Shown in pieces: positions 17,588-33,400 of a stretch of 64,000 bases of DNA. The stretch's first letter is position 1. The number at the start of each line of letters is the position of its first letter. The position numbers were made by a program, and so were the translations under genes. The notes beneath the pieces are model-generated. The model was not told where the DNA came from, did not search any database, and worked only from the letters and a program-made list of their open reading frames with translations. The stretch lies in assembly GCF_009914755.1 (NCBI RefSeq), contig NC_060943.1. One strand, 5' to 3'. Source of the stretch: the human T2T-CHM13v2.0 reference genome, Homo sapiens.

Positions 17588-18399
17588 CTAGTGTTTTCCG
17601 TGGTGTGACTAAGAAAAGTATCTAGAAATAAAGCACAGTCAGTACCTGCTCTCAAAAAACGGCTGCCAATCTAGTTTGGAGACAGAAAAATATACCCGAC
17701 TGAGAACACAGAGGAGCCTGTTTTCGGAAGAGGGGCGTCTTTGGAGACGCAAAATCCTCTCCGCGGGACGCTGACGGGCAGTCGGTAAAGGACTTCCAAG
17801 CACTGGTCAGTGGCAATCGGGCGCTGGGGCTTTGCCAAGGCCCGGAGGCGGCGCGCCAAACCGGGCAATGCGGGAAGCGGGGCAGGCCCGAGTGGCCCTA
17901 CTGCTGCCGTCCCTACTGATCCCTGCGCATCCGCCACAGAGCAGGGAACGGCAGAAAGGAGGAAGGAGGGGGAGTTCCGTAAATCAGGCCCTCAGGGGCT
18001 CCCAGGCCCGCACCCCTCTCAAGCCCCGGGGACCACCGCGGAGCCGCTGCTCCGGGCCGTGCGGCTCGAGGCGAACCTGCCTCAGAGCCGCCGGGCCCTC
18101 CTATCCCGAGCCGTATCTCTAGCTCCGGCCTGAGGTGGCCGGCGACTGCGTGCGCAAACACAAGATCCGCACCCCACTCCCCGCCACTGCAGCTCCGCGG
18201 CCGCGCTCAGAGTCTCCGGAACAGACCGGACTCAATGCGGACCAGGCAAGCGGAAGTGTGCCGCTTCCTTCCGGCCAGCGCAGCACGAGACGAGGCGGGG
18301 AACCGCGGGAGGAGGCGGGGCCTAGTGTTGACGAACAGCTCCCGGGGCCTATGGGCGCGGGGGCAGCCGCCCGGCCTCTCCGGCGCGCCCCCTCCCCGG

Positions 18400-18564
18400 G
18401 GCTGTTGACGCCCCCCAGCCCCTCATTTCCACAAAGCTCCGCGGCGGTTCTGCCCTCCTTGTACCCGCGGCGCGCTGCGGCCCGTGGCGCGGCCCCGTTC
18501 CCGCCTAGCCCCGTCGGCCTCCTTCCCCTCCCGGAGCCGCGCGTGAGGACGGCTGAGGCCGCAG
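18400..18564 (+). other. DPY19L3: Candidate non-coding first exon 1a (start approximate)
   Basis: Donor GCAG|gtctgt at 18564/18565 downstream of the ETS/GC-box cluster; the TSS cannot be determined from sequence. Confidence 0.55.
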
Positions 18565-18769
18565 GTCTGTGGCGGCGCGCGGGGACGCGCGGGCGAGGGT
18601 CTACCGAGAGGGCGGGCGGGCGCCGGCGGAACCCTCGGCTACAGCCCCGAGCCCCTGGGGCCGCCCCTCCCCGCCGCGTGGCGCAGTCGGGGGGCGCGGC
18701 CGCGGCGTCGGGGCGTCGGGAGGGGCGGAGCGCGGGAGTGTCTGCCGGGACGCGGGCCGGGCTGGGCTC

Positions 18770-18957
18770 CGGAAGGACCAAGTTTGCGGAGCGGCTTCTG
18801 CTCGTCGGCCGTGCGGCGAGGCAGGGCCTGGGCTGCGACCCCGGCGGCCGCTCGCGGTCTTGGGAGAGCTGGGGCGCGTGCCTGAACTTCCCGGCTGCCC
18901 CTGTCCTTGGAGACCTACCTGATGGGGACGCCAGGTGTGCAGGGGCGTGGCGCGTAG
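18770..18957 (+). other. DPY19L3: Candidate alternative non-coding first exon 1b (start approximate)
   Basis: Strong donor TAG|gtaagc at 18957/18958 at the 3' edge of the CpG island. Confidence 0.65.
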
Positions 18958-19378
<421 letters not shown>

Positions 19379-20467
19379 TGATGGAGGAACTTTTTTTCTT
19401 AGTTCATGGGACTGTTGCAGTGCCTGACACATAATTGGTACTTAAATATGTGTTGGTTTTCTGCCTTAACATATTAGAATATATGAATTGTTTAAAAAAG
19501 TCCTCTCACACTTAGGGAGGACTCTAGGATGAGGTCACATGGGGGATAAGCCCATCTGTGGCTGTAGGACTTTGTTAAACACTCCTCTTCTCCCTCTCTG
19601 TTCCAGATTCTCCATTTCCAGTGCTTGAAAGCACAGTACTTAAATCTGGCTTCCTGCTTTTTTTTTTTTTTTTGGTATGAATGAATACATGAATTGTATA
19701 ATGTTAGTTGGTTTGTTCTGTAGAGCAAGTTACCCTTAGGAATTAATAAACTGTGGAAACAATCATGTCAGGCTACTAGTCACATTTAAGAAATAATTAG
19801 TAAGAGGCTGTTCATTATTCAGAGGAGTGAAGCAAGATGTTCTGGAGGACTGGAACCCGCTTACTCACTGCCACCACTCCCCCGCCTCCCACTTGCTGCT
19901 GCCAAACCAGGCTCCTGCTCCCCCCCCCCCCCATTACTCCCACCGACGCTCCCTGGGATAGCAGCTGCCCTGATTGGCACACCCCCGCAGTCATCACCAC
20001 TGAGGCGTATTCCTGAAGCTGCCAGTGTGAATTGTTTTATAGAACACTGGTGTTAAAATTCAGGTACCTGAGACAAAACAATATTTTAATTCTTCAAAAT
20101 CCGGTTGTCAACACATTTACTATGGAGTATCTCCCACGTGGCCACTTCTGTGGGAGGTACTGAAGACCTACTACCGCCTATGGAAGTAGAAAATAATATA
20201 CAACTGTGTAGTTACGTGACGCATTGCGTGGTAACTGCTATGGCTCAGGGAGGGAGAAGATCAGCCGGAACTGGAATGTCCCAAGATGTTCTGGAAGAAA
20301 AGCAGTGGCTCGTTTGTGTTGCTTACCTGTATTCCTGACTCCTGGCAGGGCCTGCTGTAGAGCACATGCTTCATGAATAAATATGATTGAGTTGAATAAA
20401 TATTTGAATTGTGTTTTGAGTGTAGCTTTGAAGGCCAGCAACGATTTAGATGGCAAGATCGAGGGCA

Positions 20468-20757
20468 GGCTGGGCACAATGGCTCATTCATGTAATCCTA
20501 GCACTTTGGGAGTCCAAGGCGGGGAGGATCGCATGAGGCCAGGAGTTCAGTACCAGCCTGGGCAAGATAGGGAGACCCCATCTTTACAAAAAATAATTAG
20601 CCAGGTGTAGTAGCACATGCCTGTAGTCCAGATACTCGGGAGGCTGAGGTGGATCACCTGAGCCTGTGGAAGTAGAGGCTACAGTGAGCCGTGATGGTGC
20701 CGCTGCACTCCAGCCTGAGTGACAGTGAGACCCTGTCTTGGGGGGAAGAAAAAAAAA
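20468..20757 (+). mobile_element. Alu just upstream of exon 2
   Basis: Dimer, TSD-like gagggca. Confidence 0.9.
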
Positions 20758-20910
20758 GGGAGGGCATGCTAATAGAGGGAAAATGGCATAAGTAAAGGCA
20801 TTTCAGCATGGATGAGCACGGGGTATGTTGGGGAGAAGGCACTGACGTTGATGGCCTGTTTATTGCTATCTAGGAGTGATTTGGAGAACAATGCATGTAA
20901 GTCTGACATC

Positions 20911-21013
20911 ATGATGTCCATCCGGCAAAGAAGAGAAATAAGAGCCACAGAAGTTTCTGAAGACTTTCCAGCCCAAGAAGAAAATGTGAAGTTGGAAAAT
21001 AAATTGCCATCTG
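20911..21013 (+). CDS. DPY19L3: DPY19L3 first coding exon (exon 2; exon spans 20874-21013), codons 1-34 + 1 nt
   Basis: Acceptor ctatctag|GAGT at 20873/20874; ATG at 20911 gives MMSIRQRREIRATEVSEDFPAQEENVKLENKLPS, recognised as the DPY19L3 N-terminus; donor G|gtaggt at 21013/21014. Confidence 0.95.
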
Positions 21014-22176
21014 GTAGGTGATTTAAACTAAAGCAGCAATTTGGGTTGCTTTTATTTCTGCATATTAAAATGTCACTCTCCAATAGGATAAAAATTTGGT
21101 GGGACCTAACAATTGAAACTTGTTGTAGTACCCTGATATTCTAATTGCAATTTGATTAGATTGATTTTACAGTTATGATTTGACAAAAGATGAAAGAGCT
21201 TTGATTAGAAGTGTTTGTCAGCTGTCTGTTCATTAACTTACGGTTCTTCCAATCTCATCCTTTGACTCTCTAGAGTAATGGTCCCCCCACCCACACCCCA
21301 GATTTTAGTCTCTCTCTAATTTTTCTGGTCGTGTATACTATTTACACCAGGCAACCTTACCTTGGGTGAGTTTCCATTAAGGTAGTGAAAGGTGGATCAA
21401 CATTTTTTAAAAATTCTTTATAATTAGTCAAATTCCTGAAGTTTTCTTTTGCTTTTTTTTTTTTTTCTTTTATTGGTGGGAAAAGTAATCAGAACTTGGT
21501 CAGTTGTTTGTATAATGGTAAAGACTTGCTAAGTGATGCATCAGATAGCATTAATTACCAACTTCTTGCTTCCTGAGTAGCTTTTGTAACTAAAGCATGG
21601 TCAGGATTTTAAAAGTTAACATGAAAATCTTCATACCCATTAACCATTTTGGATATCTGACAGAATTTACATTATTTACAGCCATGTTAATTCTTACCAG
21701 CCAGGCTAGTAAAGCAATTCAGGGAAACAGTTTAACAAAAGTAATCTGTAATGGGAGGTCATGACACCTGGCTCAGCCATTAGCGAGTGATTAACACGTT
21801 TTGGATAATAGTACTTTCTGAACACCTTAAACAATGCAAAGAAAAAGAAATATACTCCCATCCTGAAACTAACACCAGTGGCACTGTCTTGCTGTCTTAA
21901 TGTCATATTCTGCACATGTATACCCATAAGCATTCGTATACAGTTTTGCAAAATTGGGATCCACGTGCTGTTTTGTAGCTTGCTATTTTTCTCTTATTAT
22001 GTTATGAACATGTCATAAGCCAGTTAACGTATTTTTGAAATATCATCTATGTAAAGTATTTTTATAGCTGCCACTGTAGAAGTGAAAGGTTTTCTTACCA
22101 TTTGCTAATACAGACAGAACTGTGATCAATTTCCTTGTGGCCATATGTTTGTTTAAAACTTTATTTCCTTGGGGCA

Positions 22177-22596
22177 TGTCTTAGTCCATTTCTGTTGCTA
22201 TAAAGGAATACTTGAGGCTAGGTGATTTATAAAGAAAAGAGGTTTCTTTGCCTCAGGGTTCTGCAGACTGTATGAGAAGCATGGCACCAGCATCTGCCTC
22301 TAGTGAGACCTCAGGAAGCTTCCAGTCGTGGCAGAAGACTTAGGGGAGCCAGTGTGTAGAGATCACATGACCAGAGTAGAAGCAATTTCCAGGGAACACA
22401 GGATGTCAGGCTCTTTTTTAACCAACCAGCTCCCCTAGGACTAACAGAATGAAAACTCAGTACTGCTAGAATCTCACCAACCTGTTTATAAGGGCTCTGG
22501 TTCCATCACCACACCACCTCCCATTAGGCCCCACCTCCAACATTGGGAATCACATTTCATCATGAGATTTGGAGGGGCCGAATAGTCAAACCACAG
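22177..22596 (-). mobile_element. MST-type MaLR LTR within an old L1M (-) fragment
   Basis: tgtcttagtccatttctgttgctataaaggaatac signature. Confidence 0.8.
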
Positions 22597-23153
22597 CAGG
22601 GTACATGCCTAGATTGGGAATTACTGGCCAAATGGGATGCTCATTTTGGTGGCTTTTACTCACTGCTGCCATGTTGCATTCCAGAGAGGCACCAATTTAT
22701 TCTTCTAGCAGCAATGTTTGAAGATGTCTATTTTTTATACCCTTACCAAAACAGTATTAGCATTTTGAAAGCTGTCAAATTGGCCAAGATTTAAGAATAA
22801 CTCACAGTTTTGATTTGCATTTCTTTAACATTAATGAATTTAAACATCTTCAGTCTGTTATTATTATTGGCCACTTTTTTCTATTGTACATTGCCTGTTC
22901 ATGTCCTTAATCTTTTTCCTACTGCAGTATTCATCTTGACAGGACAATAAATTGTCCTGAAATAAAATAAATTGTCCTGAAAGTATTCATCTTATGTTAA
23001 GGGTATTTAAGCTTTCTTATATGTGCTATCCATATTTTGCCTAGTTTATATGTCCTTTAACTTGAGTTATGTTGGATTATTTATTCTGTGGGTTTTTCCC
23101 CCCAGAGCATTCCTGCAAAACCTGTGGGTTTAAAAAAAAAGTTTTAGGTAATC

Positions 23154-23474
<321 letters not shown>

Positions 23475-23895
23475 TTAAAATAGCTTTTAAAGAATAAGCC
23501 ACCAATTGTACCTAGATTATCTAAAAGATCGATTACGTCCTAGACACGTAACACATTTAGTCATCCATTTAACAGACTTCATAGTTAAATTACGGTTGTT
23601 AAACTGTGCCGGACAGAGGCCCTCAGTATTAAACATGAATAAGATAATGTATTTGTCTTCAAGAAGCTCACGTTGTAGTTGGCAGAATGGACACATGGAC
23701 AGTTAGATACGGGGTAACAGTTGTAATAGAATGAAAACAGGTCTGTGGAATCAGAAAGGACCCTCCGCTGGAGACAGGAAAAGCTTTCCCAGTGACAGGC
23801 AGCTAGACTTAGCTTACTTGATAATCTGAAGTAGAACTATTACATTCTGATTTTTTTACTGACTTAGTTATTTATCTGTTCCATTTTTCCAAAAG

Positions 23896-24029
23896 GTTGT
23901 ACCAGTAGAAGATTATGGAAGATTTTGTCATTGACAATTGGTGGAACCATTGCCCTTTGCATTGGACTTCTTACATCTGTCTACCTTGCCACGTTACATG
24001 AAAATGATTTATGGTTTTCTAATATTAAG
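23896..24029 (+). CDS. DPY19L3: DPY19L3 exon 3 (134 nt), first transmembrane segment
   Basis: ttccaaaag|GT...AAG|gtatgg; phase 1 in, phase 0 out; (G)CTSRRLWKILSLTIGGTIALCIGLLTSVYLATLHENDLWFSNIK. Confidence 0.95.
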
Positions 24030-24224
24030 GTATGGAGTTTCTTTGACCATTGTATCATTCACTCAGTGGGATCTCCAGTAGTAAGCCATGTGGATGAATG
24101 ACCAAGGCAACACAGTTTTGCCATAAAGAATCCAATCTCTAGAAAGGTTGGACTATAGAGTGAAATAACTTTTGTGTTTATTATTTTAAAATAACATATT
24201 AGAATCTTTTTTTAAATTTTTCTT

Positions 24225-24825
24225 TATTATTTATTTATTTTTGAGATGGAGTCTCACTCTGTCACCCAGGCTGGAGTGCGGTGGCGCAATCTTGGCTCTC
24301 TACAACCTCTGCCTCGCAGGTTCAGGTGATTCTTCTGGCTTAGCCTCCCAAGTAGCTGGGACTATAGGTGCGTGCCACCACACCCAGCTAATTTTTGTAT
24401 TTTTACTAGAGACGGGGTTTCAGCATATTGACCAGGCTGATCTCGAACTCCTGACCTTGTGATCTGCCTGTCTCAGCCTCCCAAAGTGCTGGGATTACAG
24501 GCGTGAGCCACTGCGTCCAGCCAGAATCTTTATTTTTCATTTTAATTTTTTGAGATAGGGTATTGCTCTGTCACCCAGGCTAGAATGCAGTGGTGCAAAC
24601 ATGGGTCACTGCAGCCTCAACCTCCTGGGCTCAAGTGAGTATCCTGCCTAAGCTTCCTGTGTCACTGGGACCCCAGGCATGCACCACCTCACCAAGCTAA
24701 ATTTGATTTTTTTGTAGAGACAGGGTCTCACTTTGTTGCCCATGCTGGTCTCGAACTCCTGGGCTCAAGCGATCCTACTGCCCTGGTCTTCCAAAATATG
24801 AGAATGAGCCATAGCACCCAGCCCA
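24225..24825 (-). mobile_element. Two tandem antisense Alus (24225-24522, 24545-24825)
   Basis: Reverse dimers. Confidence 0.9.
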
Positions 24826-25310
24826 GAATTTTTATAATCAAGTGAGTTTTTTCTTTTTCATTAACTTATTCCATTTATTTAGCAGTTATTCTAAATTAGT
24901 ATTTTTCAAGTTATAGATTGTGAAATTAGTGCAGTAGGTCATGAGTAACATTTTTCTTAATGAAATCAAAAAGAAAGAATACTATCACATCTAGTAGGGT
25001 TGAGGATTGTTTTGTGAAACTTTTAATTTTATATATATATATATGCACAAACTGGGTCACAGTATACAAGGTACTTCCTTTTCTTTTTTTTCTTGTTGGC
25101 TACAACAGGAAAAAAAAAAAAACAGAAAAGGAAATAAAAAAGCCACTGCTTTAAATCATGGGGTCTAAATGTGGCTCCACAGAGGGTCCTCAGCATGTTC
25201 ATGACTATCTAATACTCTGTGCAAGTGGTTTTGCAGGGCATAGGGCGATGGGGAAGCCATATGTTTCCAGGGAAAGGAACTGTAATTTTAATCAGATTTT
25301 CAGGAGGGTT

Positions 25311-25603
<293 letters not shown>

Positions 25604-26100
25604 GTTGAGGGGGTGGTCTGTGACTCTTTAAACACGTTTCCTTGTTTTCTTTCTCTCTCTCTTTTTCAACATTTCTAGAACTCCTCTTGGCATTGTTTTC
25701 AGAACTCGTATATAACTTACATGTGGAAATTTGCATCCAAATATACCTTACATTTTAATCTAATATGTCATGATCTTTAACCTAAACTGTGGTGTCTAAT
25801 GACTAGTTGCTTGTAAAAATAAACAAACACCTTCAAAGCCAAAGATGTGTATCTATAAGAATGTTCGAAAGAAGTGACTGATGAAGGATCTGAAGACATT
25901 TTCCAAAGAAAGTTTTCCAAAACATTTTGAGCTTTGATTCTCTTACTGAAATGAGCCTCGAAAGGATATTACTTTGATGACAAATCTAATTTATAAGAAT
26001 GACCTCTAGTGTGTTTATTTTTAAAACTTGCTGTGTTACTTTATGGGTACAGTATATATATCTTTATACAAATTATCATAGTACCAAAGAAGAATAATTC

Positions 26101-26298
26101 TTTTTTTTTTTTAATTATTATTATACTTTAAGTTTTAGGGTACATGTGCACAATGTGCAGGTTAGTTACATATGTATACATGTGCCATGCTGGTGCGCTG
26201 CACCCACTAACTCGTCATCTAGCATTAGGTATATCTCCCTATGCTATCCCTCCCCCTCCCCCCACCCCACAACAGTCCCCAGAGTGTGATGTTCCCCT
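26101..26298 (-). mobile_element. Young, heavily 5'-truncated L1PA (PA2/PA3-like)
   Basis: Near-consensus L1 3' end with poly(T); TSD caaagaagaa at 26085-26094 and 26299-26308. Confidence 0.9.
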
Positions 26299-26695
26299 CA
26301 AAGAAGAACTTATCTTTCAGTGACAGTAGGTAGTTCTTCTTGTCAGAAGAATTTTACTCGTTTATATATCTTTTTTTGGGAGGAGCGGGGGCGGGCAGGG
26401 TCTTTCTCTGTCCCCAGGCTGGAGTGCAATGGCACAATTACAGCTCGCTGCAGCCCCCAACCTCTGGGCTGAATTGAAGCATTACTCTCACCTTAGCCTC
26501 CCGAGTAGCTGGGACCACAGGTGCACGTCACTGTTCCCAGCTAATTATTTAATTTTTTGTAGAGATGGGCCTACTATGTTGCCCAGGCTGTTCTCAAACT
26601 CCTGGACTCAAGCAATCCTCCTGCGTTGGCCTCCCAAAATATTGGGATTATAGGTGTGAGCCGCTATGCCCACCTATCTCTTTAAAATGGAGTGC

Positions 26696-27309
<614 letters not shown>

Positions 27310-27559
27310 TTAACATAAGTATTTTGAAAAAAGGCTGAAATATCTCTGTGTGAGCAGATAGCCCAAATTGAATGCTAACAACCGTATAGCAAGGAGACAT
27401 GTTGAAAGAGATCATATAACTTAATTATAAACTATTAAGTGTAGCTCTTTAATTTAAAACTTGTAACCAGCCTTCCTACTTTCCTTAAATAAATACACCC
27501 CATCATCAAGAAACTTGAACACCCTTGGTTTTTCTCTCTTTACTTTCACTGGGTTAAGG

Positions 27560-28975
27560 AAGTTCTAGTTTTACCTAGTATTTACTGAGCACCTGTTCTG
27601 TGGGTAACATTGAGTTCAACACTGCAGAGAACATGGAAGGAATAACAAAGATTTCTGAATTTACCAGCAGATTTTCCAGTATAGTAAGTGAATTGAGTAA
27701 ATATATATTAAGCACCTACAGTATGCCAGCAGGCACTGTGCTTAGTGGTAGCAGTATCACTGAGTAAGATAAGGCCATGCCCCCAAGGAACTTACACTCT
27801 TGAGAAGGATACAGGTCAGTATCCAGACAATTACAGGACATCCCAACTCAGTGCTAGGATGGGGTGAGATAGAGAGCACTGTGGGAGCACATAGGAGTGG
27901 AAGCCTAACCTCATTTTGGAAGATCAGGGAGGCTTTTCTAGAGGAAATGATGGTTAAGTAGACCTGAAGGATGAGTAAGAGTTAACCAGGCAAGTTGGGG
28001 AGGAAAGATGAGTGTCCTAGAAGAGGGACAAGTGCAGGAAATTCAAGACGCAAGAGAGCCTGGTGTGTGAAGCGTTGGCAGTAGTTCAGCCTGGCTAGAG
28101 AGTACAAGGGGAGAGGGGATGTACTGGGAATGGTAAACAGAGGCCAGATAATAAAGGGTCTGTCTTCTCTGTCTCAAAGATAGAACTCTCTCTGAATGTA
28201 TTATAGTAGTGAACCCTATTTTTAGTAGAGGCAGCGATGTCATCGTATTGGCGTTTCAGAAAGTTGCCTTAGGCTGTGATGTGGAAAATGGATTTGGGGA
28301 GAGCAAAACTAAAGTCAGGAAACTGCTAAGATAATCCAATTCAGTGGATTCAGTAATATTTAAATATTGCATTCAAATATTCAGTGAGTATCTTCTGTAT
28401 GCCAGACACTTTTCTAGGCCCTGGGAATAAAGCATTGAATACGACATAGAACTTAATTATGATGAAAAGGGGAAAAATCAGAAAGAAAATGAAAATGAAT
28501 CCTACGGTGAAAGTCACACGGGATGATGAGATAGTCACTAGAAGGCTACTTGGAATTGGGAAGTAAAGCCGACCACTTTGAGGACATGTAAACCAAAACC
28601 TACATGATATTATAGAAGGAACCAGCCAAGCTAAGATCTGCGAGAACATTCTAGGCAGAGGAAACAGCAAGCCAAAAGTCTCTAAGGTAGGAATGAACTT
28701 GGCAAATCCAGGATCAGAGAGAAGGTGCATGTGGCCAGAGTTTTATGAGTGATGAGGAGAAGGTAGAAGAGAGGAGAAGAACAGATCACTTAGGGCTTTG
28801 AGGCTGCATAAGAGTTGCAGAGTCGTGAACAGAGTCAGAGCTTTTTAGGAAGTGGACTTGGAAGGATGTCTTGATTCATTGTGTGGAAGTCTGTTGAGAG
28901 AGAACAGTTGAGAGGCTGTCGGTCCAAGCTGCTTGCTCTCCTTAGCAGCGGGGTGGATGGATGGACATGCCATTT
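27560..28975. mobile_element. L2 fragments
   Basis: tatttactgagcacct..., gacctgaaggatgagtaagagtt motifs. Confidence 0.65.
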
Positions 28976-28977
28976 TC

Positions 28978-30534
28978 TGTGACAACGAGCACCGGGAGGA
29001 GCAGAGCTGGAGGATCAGTAAGTTCTGACACCAGCTATCCACCGTTAGGCCAAACCCCACAGGATGAGGGCACAGCTCTCTACAAAAATGCCTTCGTTTC
29101 ACACACCAGTGGCACGTTTGGGGCCCCCCCAGGCAACCCTCACTTCTGACCAGCTGGCTACAAATTCTGAGGTTCCCACCACCCACTCAGGTTCAATAAT
29201 TCACTAGAACAACTGACAGAATTCAGGGAAGTGCTATATTATGACTACAGATTTATTATAGCAAAAGATTACAAATCAGAACGAGCCAAAGGGAGTGACA
29301 CATGCAGCCAAGTCTTCGAGGGTCCCATTGGAAGCTTTCATTATCTTTTCCCCATGGAGTCAGGCCTGTTACCCTCCTGGCACATCACTGTGTTACACTA
29401 TGTGGAGCCAACCAAAGAAGCTCTTCTGAGTACTGGTGTCTAGTTTTTATTGAGGTTTCGTTATGTAGGCATGATTGATTGGATTATTGCCCACAAGGCT
29501 GGACTCAATCTCCAGCCCTTTTCTGCTCCTTAGAAGTTGGGCTGCTAGCACATGGCTCAAAGCCCTGACTCTCAGGCCACATGGTTGAGTGTTCTGGCTT
29601 GGCCAGCCCCAATCCTGAGTCATCTCCTTAGCACAAATTAGGAGCTCACCCTGTCACCTGCTAGCCCAGGCTTTCAGATGAGGTCTGAAGAACCTACCAT
29701 GAATAACAAAGACACTCTCATCACTTAGAAGTTCCAAGGATTTAGAGGCTATCTCCCAGGAACTGGGGACAAAGAGCAGCCAGATTCTTTATTCTTAGAG
29801 GGTAGAGTTTTGATATGGTTTGGCTGTGTCCCCACCCAAATCTCATCTTTAATTGTAGTTCCCATAATTCCCACATGTTGTGGGAGGGACCCAGTGGGAG
29901 GTAATTGAATCATGGGGGCGGGCCTTTCCTGTGCTGTTCTCATGATAGTGTCACGAGATCTGATGGCTTTATTTATTTTAATTTTTTTCTGAGACGGAGT
30001 CTCGCTCTGTCGTCCAGACTGGAGTGCAGTGGCACGATCTCAGCTCACTGCAGCCTCCGCCTCCTGAGTTCAAGCAATTCTCCTGCCTCAGCCACCTGAG
30101 TAGCTGAGCTTAACAGGTGCGTGCCACCACGCCTGGCTAATTTTTGTATTTTTAGTAGAGATGGGATTTCACCATGTTGGTCAGGCTGATCTTGAACTCC
30201 TGACCTTGTGATCTGCCCACCTTGGCCTCCCAAAGTGCTGGAATTACAGGTGTGAGCTACCACGCCTGGCCAGATCTGATGGTTTTATAGAGGGGAGTTC
30301 CCCGTCACACACTGTCTGCCTGCCGCCATGTAAGACTTAACTTTGCTCCTCATTCACTTTCTGCCATGATTGTGAGACCTCTCCACCCTTGTGGAACTGT
30401 GACTCCATTAAACCTCTTTCCTTTATAAATTACCCAGTCTTGGGTATGTCTTTATTAGAAGCATGAGGAATGGACTAATACAAGGTTACCTCCCCGTAAC
30501 CAGGGACAGAGGTCAGCCAAATTCTTTCTTGCAC
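28978..30534 (-). mobile_element. MER21-like LTR interrupted by THE1
   Basis: ttctgacacc.../ggttcaataattcactagaac motifs; resumes after 30482. Confidence 0.65.
29811..30482 (+). mobile_element. THE1 solo LTR interrupted by an antisense Alu (about 29970-30271)
   Basis: TGATATGGTTTGGCTGTGTCCCCACCC...CTAATACA; Alu TSD agatctgatgg(c/t)tttat. Confidence 0.9.
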
Positions 30535-31793
30535 AGGAGGAAAGGCAGGGAACAATGAGCTCAGGTTTGACTATGTTGTGAGGCACTTTTAAAGCAGTCC
30601 ACCTAGAAATACAGAATAAAGGAAGCTAGACTTCCGGGGCTGAAGGCAGGAGTTCCGTCTGTGTTGGAAATGGGCATTTTCATCTTACCATCTTGTAGAT
30701 GTGTGGGTGAGATTGTTTCAGGAGCGTGTAAAATGAGAAAGGAAAGAGAACCTGGGCCAGTTTGTGTCTGTGCCTCAGATACCATCTGGGAAGCTATAAA
30801 ACAGGCGCTTTTCCCCACCCACCACCCTTGTCCTCTGAAACTTACAATTGAGCTCAGAGTCGTATCCATTTTTTTCCTCTTTGTTCAAGCAGTAGTCCAT
30901 AGCACACATTTTGGGTTGTCTCCTATATCACAAGAAGAATCCTCCAATGTTAGAACCATTTCTCAAACCTGTTAATACCTCTGCCTAGGCATTTGGTTTT
31001 GTGTTTTGCTTAGATTCGCTAGATCAGCATTGTCCAATAGGACTATAATGAAGGAAATGTTCAGTGTATGCACTGTCTAGTACAGTGGCCACATGTGGCT
31101 ATTGAACACTTGAAATGGGGTAGTACACTCGGGAACTAAATTTTTTTTTAATTAATCTGATTTAATTTTTAAATATGTACATATTTTCTGTAAATAAACA
31201 ATTAGAAATTATAAATATCACTGAACAAAGACCTTATTTGGCCAAAGAAAAGCTCATTTTTGGAGTGTATATTCCTTTATAAATCTCCTGTAATTTATAC
31301 CATTTCTATATTGGGGAATTATTTGAGAAGAGTAAATCTGCTTTCCTTTCCTGTTTTGGGGTTATAACTTTTTCTCATCAAAATTGGTAGGTTAGTGTTT
31401 AATGAAAATACTTTGATTTTATTTTTGAATACTTTGAAGTAGTTGTAATTATTCAGAGAGTAAAAGTATTGGTTATGTAATAGACAAGTCATACACTGAA
31501 TTTATGCATTCAAAATGATTTTTTAAATGTTTGTTGTATTGTTTGTATATGAAAAGTGGGAACCCTGAAATAGCAACTGGAAAGTTGAAGGAAAAGATAC
31601 TGGTTTCATATAGTAGTATAAAAGATATATCTAGTATCCTTTCTCAGCATATTTTTAAAATTTTAAGTTATTTTTCTATTGTCTTCATTGTATTATATTT
31701 CCCTTGCTAGGAAATTGAAAGTATTCAAGATTTTTTAAAATACCCTTTATTGAATGTCTGTTACATGCTTGGAACTATTTGGGGGCATTTTAA

Positions 31794-33400
<1,607 letters not shown>

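Noticed and set aside
20812-20910. In-frame upstream ATG extending the DPY19L3 N-terminus
   Set aside because: ATG 20812 is intronic (upstream of the acceptor at 20874), and both candidate first exons have in-frame TGA stops (18554, 18920)
24050-24105. Possible hairpin or small RNA just after exon 3 (tcattcac / gtggatga)
   Set aside because: Only about 8 bp of imperfect pairing, compatible with chance
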